Shown here piece after piece: positions 17,688-25,668 of a DNA stretch of 50,383 bases (its first letter is position 1; each line of letters starts with the position of its first letter). A program made the position numbers and the translations under genes. The DNA is from a virus (Duplodnaviria; Caudoviricetes), in IMG/VR virus record IMGVR_UViG_3300014501_000006, positions 1 through 50,383 of that record, one strand, 5' to 3'. A model generated the notes under the pieces. The model did not search any database, had not been told where the DNA came from, and was given only the letters and a program-made list of their open reading frames with translations.

Positions 17688-18077
17688 CCCTCGCAGATAG
17701 CGAAACCCTTCTCGCAGAAAGCGTTCGCATAAGAACGATTATGTCAACTAGCCTCAACCTGAGGCGCTACGTCAAGCATCGTGCCAACTGCCTCACCTGC
17801 TCAACTGGCAGGCTGCCCTGTGCGGAGGGTGTCCGGTCGCTGTGCCCTGTCGGGACGGGGGTGGAGCCCCACCGACGGGTTCGTAGATACTCTTGAAGCC
17901 TCGCGACCACCATCGTAAATTTTCCAAATTTCTACAAATTCTAGGGTAGGTGCTTGCGCAGAGCGTATAAGCGGTGATACGTATAAGCGCATATGCCTGA
18001 GAAGCATTGTGAGACGTGTCGGTGTTACCCTGATCCGGTGGCGCAGGCGATGGCGCGAAAGCGGTGGGAGAAGAAAG

Positions 18078-18305
18078 ATGGACAGCATGAATCCGTTGCC
18101 AGACAATCGAGCGAATTGGGCGATGAGGGTGGAGGCGGCGAAGATGGCGACCGAGATCGTGAACGTGCATCTGCCCAGCACGACCATTCAGGCGATGTGG
18201 GTGGCTTGGTACAAGGCTGTGCTCCGCGTCCTGAGCGGGGAAGTACCGGAGGCTGCGTTCGGCATCCCAACCGCCGAGAATCCGGCTGTAAATACTGCGA
18301 GGTGA
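18078..18305 (+). CDS. Hypothetical protein
   Basis: RBS-like GGAG; phage-typical codon use. Confidence 0.55.
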   Translation: MDSMNPLPDNRANWAMRVEAAKMATEIVNVHLPSTTIQAMWVAWYKAVLRVLSGEVPEAAFGIPTAENPAVNTAR

Positions 18306-18306
18306 T

Positions 18307-18534
18307 ATGAAGACCCAAAATCAGGTACGCAAGAAGGCCGCCGAACTTCAGGGGCCGTTGACCGAGTTCTTTCGAAAGCATTTGACGTCGGCGTATGGGG
18401 ATGAGGTGGATCAGTTGCGGGTGGTGGGGTATCTGTGCGAGATCGTGCAGGGGATGGTCGAAGTCGAGTTGAAGACCATCAAGATTCAGATGGAGATGGA
18501 AGATAAGCGTCGAATCGTCGTGGCAAATAACTGA
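18307..18534 (+). CDS. Hypothetical protein
   Basis: RBS GAGGTG; helical 75-aa ORF. Confidence 0.65.
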   Translation: MKTQNQVRKKAAELQGPLTEFFRKHLTSAYGDEVDQLRVVGYLCEIVQGMVEVELKTIKIQMEMEDKRRIVVANN

Positions 18535-18820
18535 GTCTTGTTTAGGGGGTGAGATCAGGCGCCACGATAAACGTGGGCTTCAGTCTGGGTAGGCCCCCAT
18601 CCCTAAAGAGGACTCAAATAATTGAGATGGACGACCTGCTTTTCGCAATTTGGAGCGAGGGACAGTACCTGAGCATCGAGAATGCGCGGGCGCAAAGATT
18701 TCCGCGCAACATCGTCGCGATCGCTCGACCTCGTTGGATAGTTTATATTGAGGGTGGACCAGTTTTTCGGCCCCCTGATTCGCTAATGCACGTTCTACGC
18801 GAAGCACCTGATACCTTCTG

Positions 18821-20080
18821 ATGGCTCGCGGCTCCAAAAAGGTCAAGAAGCGGGCTAAGCCGTCGCCGCAGGTCATCGAGACCCTCCTGAACGAGATGGA
18901 GGCGAAGGGGGAGCATCCGAGCACTGGCAGCGAGGATAACGTCAGGGAATGGCTCCAGAATCACTCGGAGCGGGAACTGTGGTTCTTCAGCCGCTGGATT
19001 CTCGGCAACGACCATCTCGCCCTCGGCTCCTACCACCGCCGCATCATGTGCCCCTTCCTGACCGACTTCACTCGTAGCTACCTGAAATTACTCATGGTGC
19101 CGATGGGGCATCTCAAGACGACCGTGGCGTCAAGAAGTATGCCGCTGCACGTACAGATTCAGCCACGGGTCCACAACATCTACCATGAGATGATGACGGG
19201 CTCGAACATGCGGGTGCTGCTGGCGAACGAAAACGAGCAGAAGAGCAAGGAAAACCTGTACGTCATCCAGCAGCATTGCGAGCAGAATGCGTGGCTGCCG
19301 TGGCTGTGGCCTAATGTGTTCTGGGACGATCCGAGGTCAGAGAGTCCGCGCTGGACGGATAGCCAGATTGAGTTGAAGCGGACGCAGTATTGGGCGGAAG
19401 CCAACATCTCGGCGGTCGGCATCAAGACCGGCTTCATCGGCAAGTATTTCGACATGATCATTGGCGACGACGTGGCGGCGCTGGAAGCCTCCCAGAATCC
19501 GCCGCTGATGGATCGGGTGCGCAAGTGGCGGAGTTCCGCCAAGACGCGGTTCTACGACAAGCGGCGCCGGATGTTCATCGGAGTGGGCACCCACTGGGGC
19601 AGCAACGACGTGTACGTGGACTGGAAGAAAGACCCCGACGTGGACATCCTGATCGAGTCGGTCAGCAGCATAGATGAGACGACGCACCAGGAGGTGCCGC
19701 TATGGCCGGAGAAATTCCCTCTCGACATCATCGATAATTTAAGGAAGGGGATGGACCCGATCGAATGGGCGCTCTGGTACATGAACAAGCCGGTGCCGGT
19801 CGGATACACGGCGCTGAACTGGAACGATCTCCGGGAGTATCATCTAAGTGCGGACGGCAAGGAGCTTTACTTTGAAGACTCCCGAATGGACGAGCGGATC
19901 ACGCAACGCTACGACCGAATATCCCGGAATCTCGGGTTTGTCATTGGAAGCTCAAAATACGATCCTGCCAACGCCAAGCCCCGAACCCGCGCGCCTCGCG
20001 GCATGGATCAGGACTTCTACGAGCACATGCGCACTAAATATCCCGAAAAAGTGAAGGATGCAGACACTCCAAATCAATAA
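18821..20080 (+). CDS. terL: Terminase large subunit, ATPase portion
   Basis: LLMVPMGHLKTT (Walker A variant), GKYFDMIIGDD (Walker B), IGVGTHW..DVY, PLWPEKF, YMNKP. Confidence 0.88.
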   Translation: MARGSKKVKKRAKPSPQVIETLLNEMEAKGEHPSTGSEDNVREWLQNHSERELWFFSRWILGNDHLALGSYHRRIMCPFLTDFTRSYLKLLMVPMGHLKTTVASRSMPLHVQIQPRVHNIYHEMMTGSNMRVLLANENEQKSKENLYVIQQHCEQNAWLPWLWPNVFWDDPRSESPRWTDSQIELKRTQYWAEANISAVGIKTGFIGKYFDMIIGDDVAALEASQNPPLMDRVRKWRSSAKTRFYDKRRRMFIGVGTHWGSNDVYVDWKKDPDVDILIESVSSIDETTHQEVPLWPEKFPLDIIDNLRKGMDPIEWALWYMNKPVPVGYTALNWNDLREYHLSADGKELYFEDSRMDERITQRYDRISRNLGFVIGSSKYDPANAKPRTRAPRGMDQDFYEHMRTKYPEKVKDADTPNQ

Positions 20081-20693
20081 GCTCTACAAGGTCGCCATGC
20101 TCGACCCTGCCGGAGGTCCGGTATCGGGAACCAAGCAGTCGGGCCGCTCACGCGCCTCGATCACGGTGGTGGGCGAGGATGACCTTGAGCGAGTAGTGAT
20201 ATTGGAGGCGTGGGCGAAGCGCATCGCACCGGACCAACTCATCGACCGGACTTTCGAGATGCAGGAGCGGTGGAGGCCAGCGGTGTTCGGAATCGACGCG
20301 AGCGGCCCGCAATTGGTGTTCTATCAAATGCTGCTCAAGGAAGCGCGCGAACGCGGCATCAAGTGGAGTCCTCGCCCGATCGCTATGAAGATGGAAAAGA
20401 CCGACTCCATCGAGAAGGCGATTCAGCCGGTAGCCGCTGCCGGACGGCTCATCCGTCCCCCCGAAAAGGAGTGCTACCCGTTGGCCGACGAGTGGCGCAA
20501 CTTCCCCGATGGAATCTACCGCGATAACCTCGACACGCTGGCGTGGTGCATCCGGCTGCTTCCGTCTGTACTGCCGGCGCATCTCAGAATGATGAGCGAG
20601 AACCAGTTGAGGCACTATCTCGAACGGACGGGACTGCCGCAGGACATGATCGAGAATCAACTTGCCCAACGTGCCAGTTTCGCGGATAAGTGA
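20058..20693 (+). CDS. Terminase large subunit, RNase H-like nuclease portion (separate ORF)
   Basis: LDPAGG..SITVVG, FGIDA..Q, K..I..IQP..GRL, FPDGIYRDNLDTLAW. Confidence 0.85.
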   Translation: MQTLQINKLYKVAMLDPAGGPVSGTKQSGRSRASITVVGEDDLERVVILEAWAKRIAPDQLIDRTFEMQERWRPAVFGIDASGPQLVFYQMLLKEARERGIKWSPRPIAMKMEKTDSIEKAIQPVAAAGRLIRPPEKECYPLADEWRNFPDGIYRDNLDTLAWCIRLLPSVLPAHLRMMSENQLRHYLERTGLPQDMIENQLAQRASFADK

Positions 20694-20696
20694 GGC

Positions 20697-20906
20697 ATGG
20701 TCAGAAAATACTCATGTATTAATCATGCCGACTGCGAGTTCATCGATGTCGAACTCGAATACACCGAGACTAAGGAACCATCTGTTCGCACGAGTATCGA
20801 TGGAAAGCCACATTTGCTCTTTCGGTCTGAGGACCGACAGAGAGTCCTAGCTCAGTTAAAGGAACATGGGGCGTCACGAAAACGATATGACTTTAGCGAT
20901 GCCTGA
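20697..20906 (+). CDS. Hypothetical inserted ORF
   Basis: Short, more AT-rich ORF between the terminase and adaptor genes. Confidence 0.5.
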   Translation: MVRKYSCINHADCEFIDVELEYTETKEPSVRTSIDGKPHLLFRSEDRQRVLAQLKEHGASRKRYDFSDA

Positions 20907-21493
20907 TGGAAAATCTCGGACAAGCAGCGGCCATCATCGCCAACCGAGTTCGTGACCCGAACTTCAACGGCACGACCGAACAGCAGACCATCGCGCTCAT
21001 CTCCTATAGCCAGCAAGTCGTCAACGGCATCCTCGGCGACCTCGTCACCTCGCAAGCTCTGACTATTCAGCCGCGCACCCTCATCTATTCGATGAGCGGC
21101 TTCGTACCAGGATCCATCGACGTGCTCGCGGTGCAGGACGCCAGCGGTCGCGATCTCGACCCGCTCGGCCTTCAAGACCTCCAGTGGCTCGACATGCGCT
21201 GGCCGGTGGCGGTGGCCGACTCTCCGCGAGGATATACACAGGTGGGCGGCGACCTTCTCATTATATATCCGGCGGTGAAAACGCCGCAGATTCTGACCGT
21301 AAAGTTCAGCCAGTTCATCGCGCCGGTCACGGGGCCAGCGGACTCGACTTCGCTACCGCCTGAAGATGACAGCGCGATCAACGACTTGGCTGAGACTCTT
21401 ATCTTGCTCAAGAATCGCGACCTGCTCGCGGTCAAGGCGGCGATGGAACGGTTCGCGGGGCGCATCAAGCAGCTTCAGACGGAGAAACGATGA
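20906..21493 (+). CDS. Putative head-tail adaptor protein
   Basis: N-terminal helices (RVRDPNF), central beta domain with W....PRGY..LIIYP, C-terminal helices; position in the late operon. Confidence 0.6.
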   Translation: MENLGQAAAIIANRVRDPNFNGTTEQQTIALISYSQQVVNGILGDLVTSQALTIQPRTLIYSMSGFVPGSIDVLAVQDASGRDLDPLGLQDLQWLDMRWPVAVADSPRGYTQVGGDLLIIYPAVKTPQILTVKFSQFIAPVTGPADSTSLPPEDDSAINDLAETLILLKNRDLLAVKAAMERFAGRIKQLQTEKR

Positions 21494-21628
21494 AGGCACT
21501 GCGGAAAGCACACGATGGTTCGCCGCGTAGCGGTCTCCGATTCAGAGACGATTATGGGCGCGGTATTTTCACACATCCTCATCTAACAATCTGGTTCACG
21601 TCCTTAAAACGTCGAAAGAGTGTAGTCC

Positions 21629-22216
21629 GTGGCGACCGCCGCTGAAGTCCAGAATCTCTGTGTCCTGCTTTCCAACGGGCAGATGGACCAGACGCTATTC
21701 AACGGCTTCTATGCCTCGACTATGACGCGCCGCGAAATCGCCCGCTTCCACACCACCGCGACCCCCATCACGCTGACGGCAAACCAGACGACGGTAAATC
21801 TGCCCGACGATCTGCTCAACCTCCTGACCCTTATATATGACGACACTGTGCTGTCGGACCTCGAGCTCCGCGAGTTGGAATCGCTCAATCCGGGCTGGCG
21901 CAACACCGTAGGCTCACCCATCGCATTTACGCGGCAGGCCGAGACCGTCAAGAGCGTCGAGGTGTGGCCCGCGCCCTTTGAGACTTCGCCGCCGATTATT
22001 CCGGTGCATGGACTGCCGACCGGCGAGGATTACGCACCCGGCAACGGCATCGCGATATATGAGGAGCAGCGCGCCGACTTGCTCGACTATCTGGTGCTGC
22101 CGGTAGCCCTGCTGGTCCTGTGGCGCGAATACGTTCGGGAGTCTCCACATACCGATGTGGCGTGCGCGATGCTCTGCTTTCAACTCGCGGGAATGCTATT
22201 GGAGATGTTGTCGTGA
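21629..22216 (+). CDS. Putative head-tail adaptor protein (paralog)
   Basis: LPDDLL..L..LNPGWRNTVGSPIAF..VEVWPAP; same architecture as 20906. Confidence 0.6.
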   Translation: MATAAEVQNLCVLLSNGQMDQTLFNGFYASTMTRREIARFHTTATPITLTANQTTVNLPDDLLNLLTLIYDDTVLSDLELRELESLNPGWRNTVGSPIAFTRQAETVKSVEVWPAPFETSPPIIPVHGLPTGEDYAPGNGIAIYEEQRADLLDYLVLPVALLVLWREYVRESPHTDVACAMLCFQLAGMLLEMLS

Positions 22217-22683
22217 TCCTAACGCCCTTCAGCCCGTGGCGCGACAACGCCGACCTCCACAACCAGCTCAACCGCTTCGTCGAGAACGCCGACAAGGCCA
22301 TCTCCGACAATTCAAACGCCATCGCGGCCATCAAGCCGACCGTCTCAACTCCCGCTCCAGTAGTGCAGGGCGGCGGTGTCGGCGTCGATTCAGGCAGCAG
22401 CAGCGTGGTGGGCGGCAACGGCATTTCGGTCACGCCTTCAGGCTCCGGCTCGATGGTTGTCAACACGGGCGTTCTCTCGCTCATCGCAGGAAGCGGCATT
22501 GCGATAGATGTGAGCACCGGAAACATTACTGTCTCGTCCGTCGGGGGTGGCGGCGGTGGCGGAGACGAACTAGCGGTTGTTATATTGCCGTTTTCTGCTT
22601 CGCCATATACGGCGAGTTTTCCCGTTGATTTGACGATCGTGGTATTACCATTCAGCGATTCTCCGTACACGGCGAGTTTTTAG
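22213..22683 (+). CDS. Tail fibre-like protein, N-terminal part
   Basis: Short coiled coil, VLSLIAGSGIAI..TGNITVS fibre repeat, duplicated PFSxSPYTASF. Confidence 0.6.
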   Translation: MILTPFSPWRDNADLHNQLNRFVENADKAISDNSNAIAAIKPTVSTPAPVVQGGGVGVDSGSSSVVGGNGISVTPSGSGSMVVNTGVLSLIAGSGIAIDVSTGNITVSSVGGGGGGGDELAVVILPFSASPYTASFPVDLTIVVLPFSDSPYTASF

Positions 22684-22929
22684 ATGGCGACTCTCTATCT
22701 TGTCTCGACCGATCCCGCCGCCGATTTCATCTTCAACCTACCAGTCGCGACTGGTAGCGGAAATGTTGGAGTAATCAAGAAGGTGGACGCCAACGCACAT
22801 AGCGTGGTCATCACGCCGAATGGGACCGACACCATCGACGGAGTGAACGCGACGGTATCTATCGCGGCGCAATGGTCTTACGTCAAGATATGTGATGCGC
22901 AGGCGGGAGCATGGCAGAAAATTTCCTAA
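22684..22929 (+). CDS. Tail fibre-associated beta domain
   Basis: [32 protein letters not shown] pattern; in frame with the upstream ORF across one TAG. Confidence 0.65.
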   Translation: MATLYLVSTDPAADFIFNLPVATGSGNVGVIKKVDANAHSVVITPNGTDTIDGVNATVSIAAQWSYVKICDAQAGAWQKIS

Positions 22930-23705
22930 TTAGACAGCTATTACTGATCATATGTGGGCTGGCGATTTTGTCGGGCGTCTCCTATGCCTTCACCTGTCCG
23001 AGCGGCGGGTTTTTGACTCAGGACAACCCGCAAGCATGCTCGACGCCAGCCGGAGGTGGCGGTCCAACGGGACCCACGGGACCCACGGGTGTCACCGGAG
23101 CTACGGGCCCGACGGGTCCTCAAGGAACCATCGGTCCGACTGGTGTACCGGGCACAGTCGGCGCGACAGGTCCAACTGGTCCAACCGGCCCGATTGGAGC
23201 TACGGGTCCGGCGGGAGCTACTGGCGTCACAGGGGCTACGGGAGCGACCGGACCTACTGGCGCAACTGGTACGATAGGTCCCACCGGCATTCCGGGAGCC
23301 ACTGGTCCCACCGGTCCAACGGGACCACCAGGACCGAACTGCACGACGCTGACCACTACGACACCGACGCTTACGCCGGTTAACACGACTCAGCCAGTCA
23401 AGGAATGCTTCACCGAAACGCTGTCCGGCAACACGACGCTAACCGGCTTCGCGTCAGGCGCGGCTCCGGTGCATATGTGGGTCGGTCAGATGATCATCAC
23501 GCAACCGTCCGGCGCGCACAACTATACCTTCGCGTTCTCCGCCGGATCGGGAGTGAGGATTGTTTATCCGAACGCGGGTGGCTGCAATGCGCTGCCGACC
23601 ATGCCGACCGGCACGGGACATTCGCTACTGCTTGATGTGATCTACAACGCTAACCCATCAACACCCGAACTGGACGTTATTAGCTGTCCGACCAGCGGGT
23701 CATAA
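22911..23705 (+). CDS. Collagen-like fibre protein with signal peptide
   Basis: Hydrophobic N-terminus ending VSYA; about 30 G-X-Y triplets, mostly G-X-T; C-terminal domain [14 protein letters not shown]; 6 Cys in the mature part. Confidence 0.8.
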   Translation: MAENFLIRQLLLIICGLAILSGVSYAFTCPSGGFLTQDNPQACSTPAGGGGPTGPTGPTGVTGATGPTGPQGTIGPTGVPGTVGATGPTGPTGPIGATGPAGATGVTGATGATGPTGATGTIGPTGIPGATGPTGPTGPPGPNCTTLTTTTPTLTPVNTTQPVKECFTETLSGNTTLTGFASGAAPVHMWVGQMIITQPSGAHNYTFAFSAGSGVRIVYPNAGGCNALPTMPTGTGHSLLLDVIYNANPSTPELDVISCPTSGS

Positions 23706-23714
23706 GGAGTCCCT

Positions 23715-24155
23715 ATGAAACTCATCACCCCAATTCTCGCAGCGCTGATGCTGTTCGCGGTGCAGGCGCGCGCGCAGCAGCAGTTTACTTCGACCGCGCC
23801 CGGTGCGCCCTCTCGTACATCCAGCTGGCTCGCATTTCCGGGCGGAACGGCTATCGTGTTCAGCCGCGCGACGGCAGAGACGACCAACCCGACCGGCGTT
23901 GCCGGAACACTCTCGAACTTCCAGTGCAGTACCCAAGGCGCACTACTCGGCTATTTCGATTACCACGTTGAAAAAAATGGTACTTGGGATCCGGGATTTC
24001 CATCTTGCACTATCGGGCCTGGCGGCAACTCGTGCGTGAATAATCTCGACCCGCTGCATATCGTCGCGACCGACAAGTTGGACCTCTGGTTACAGCCGGG
24101 CGGCTTAGGCGGCGGCGATGCGCTGACCTGCACGGCAACTTTCACGGCGGACTAA
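23715..24155 (+). CDS. Secreted small beta-domain protein
   Basis: RBS AAGGAG; MKLITPILAALMLFAVQARA signal peptide; 4 Cys. Confidence 0.75.
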   Translation: MKLITPILAALMLFAVQARAQQQFTSTAPGAPSRTSSWLAFPGGTAIVFSRATAETTNPTGVAGTLSNFQCSTQGALLGYFDYHVEKNGTWDPGFPSCTIGPGGNSCVNNLDPLHIVATDKLDLWLQPGGLGGGDALTCTATFTAD

Positions 24156-25034
24156 GTGCTAAAACGTCTCCTCATAGCTCTCGCGTTTGTTCTCGCGCTG
24201 TGCGCGCCGGCGTCGGCGACCGTCATCATTCTCAGCGCCACGGGCACTACCTCGTGGACCGTTCCTAGCGATTGGAACAACGCGAACAACAGTATCCAGG
24301 TTATTGGCGGAGGTGCAAATGGTGGAACCGGCGGGACGACCAACGGTGGCGTGGGTGGGGGTGGTGGGGCTTACAGTAAGAGTTCTAATGTGACTCTTAG
24401 CGGTACGATTAGTTACCAGGTGGGAGGGATCGGCGGAGACACATGGTTTAATGGAGCAGCCGTAATCGGTAGCTCAGTAGGCGCGAAAGGAGCAGCAGGC
24501 CAGACTGGGGGGCAAGCATCATCTGGCGTAGGCGGAACAAAATATAGTGGCGGCAACGGAGGAAATGCTAGTATAAGCGTAGGCGCTGGAGGGGGTGGTG
24601 CTGCAGGTTTACACGGCATCGGCGGAGATGGCTTAGCAGGTTCCTCCCCGACAGGAGGCACGGGGGGCACTGGCGATGCCGGTAATGGTGGCGCAGGTGG
24701 CACGTCCAGCACTTTCGGAACAGCGGGGGGCAACGGTACGGAGTGGACGACGGCTGGCTCTGGCGGCGGTGGATCAGGGGCAATTATTGGTCACGCCGGT
24801 GGAAACGGTGGAAATTATGGTGGTGGTGGTGGTGGTGGTCCGATGACTATTGGTGGTGCGGCAGGCATACAAGGCGTCATCATCATCACCTATACGCCTG
24901 CGAGTGGACCGACCGCCACGGCCACCGCTACCGCCACGAGCACCGCGACAGCTACAGCAACCGCGACAGCAACAAGCACATTGACTCCAACAGCGACACC
25001 TACTGCAACGCCCGCAGCAGGATGGTTCTGGTGA
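24156..25034 (+). CDS. Glycine-rich fibre-type protein with signal peptide and Thr-rich tail
   Basis: MLKRLLIALAFVLALCAPASA; TSWTVP..IQVIGGG..GGGGGAYSK..GIQGVIIITY; (TA)n linker; ends GWFW. Confidence 0.8.
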   Translation: MLKRLLIALAFVLALCAPASATVIILSATGTTSWTVPSDWNNANNSIQVIGGGANGGTGGTTNGGVGGGGGAYSKSSNVTLSGTISYQVGGIGGDTWFNGAAVIGSSVGAKGAAGQTGGQASSGVGGTKYSGGNGGNASISVGAGGGGAAGLHGIGGDGLAGSSPTGGTGGTGDAGNGGAGGTSSTFGTAGGNGTEWTTAGSGGGGSGAIIGHAGGNGGNYGGGGGGGPMTIGGAAGIQGVIIITYTPASGPTATATATATSTATATATATATSTLTPTATPTATPAAGWFW

Positions 25035-25507
25035 GCCGAGCAATCGTTATACTCGCCGTCCTCGCCATAATCGGCGCGTGGGTTATTGGAGGGAGACCCG
25101 CTGACTACGAAAGCCCGCGCTGCGGCAAGTATATTTGGAACATGCCTCCCGAATGGGCTTATTTGGGTCGCATCGCGGCATCGTCGATCATAGGCAACAA
25201 TACGCCATCCGATTTTCAGAAGGTGGTCAAAGCATCGACGGTCGATAACTGCGTGGCAGCGACTGATGCATTAACTTGTACGACCAATCAGACGTTTTCG
25301 ATTGTGGATTGCGGAGCGAGCACGACCTGCGCTTCGCCGACGGTAATATGCTCGGTGCAGGTAACAGCAGCAGGGACGGCATTTCTAGTAGCGAGTCCCG
25401 CTAGCCCTACTATTGCTGCGGGCGATTACATCGCGGCGGAGAGCACCGCTGGTTCGTGCACAACTCTTTCAACAGCGGGAATTACTGCGCAAATCCATTC
25501 AAACTGA
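25031..25507 (+). CDS. Membrane-anchored or secreted Cys-rich beta-domain protein
   Basis: GTGA coupling; hydrophobic N-terminus; IAAGDYIA motif; 7 Cys. Confidence 0.65.
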   Translation: MSRAIVILAVLAIIGAWVIGGRPADYESPRCGKYIWNMPPEWAYLGRIAASSIIGNNTPSDFQKVVKASTVDNCVAATDALTCTTNQTFSIVDCGASTTCASPTVICSVQVTAAGTAFLVASPASPTIAAGDYIAAESTAGSCTTLSTAGITAQIHSN

Positions 25508-25525
25508 TCATGGAATCATGAAATC

Positions 25526-25666
25526 ATGAAACTTGTGATTGTAGCGCTGGTGTTTTCGTTCATCGCATTCGCCTACTTCAAAAGCTCGTATCCCGACTGG
25601 CACGAGCAGGCCGACGCGAGCGGTCAGTACGTGTGGCAGAAACACCTGCCGGAGTATAAACGGTAG
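25526..25666 (+). CDS. Small membrane peptide (46 aa, not in ORF track)
   Basis: MKLVIVALVFSFIAFAYFK..GQYVWQKHLPEY. Confidence 0.5.
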   Translation: MKLVIVALVFSFIAFAYFKSSYPDWHEQADASGQYVWQKHLPEYKR

Positions 25667-25668
25667 GT

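Noticed and set aside
20041-20052. CCCGAAAAAG as a programmed frameshift joining the terminase halves
   Set aside because: It lies upstream of the TGA at 20052 that closes the nuclease frame, so a shift there could not reach the nuclease ORF.
17337-20945. Diversity-generating retroelement template/variable repeat pair
   Set aside because: Only 37 nt, differences are synonymous and not adenine-specific, and no reverse transcriptase is present.
23060-23340. CRISPR-like or VNTR nucleotide repeat
   Set aside because: The periodicity is explained by collagen G-X-T codons; there are no repeat-spacer units.
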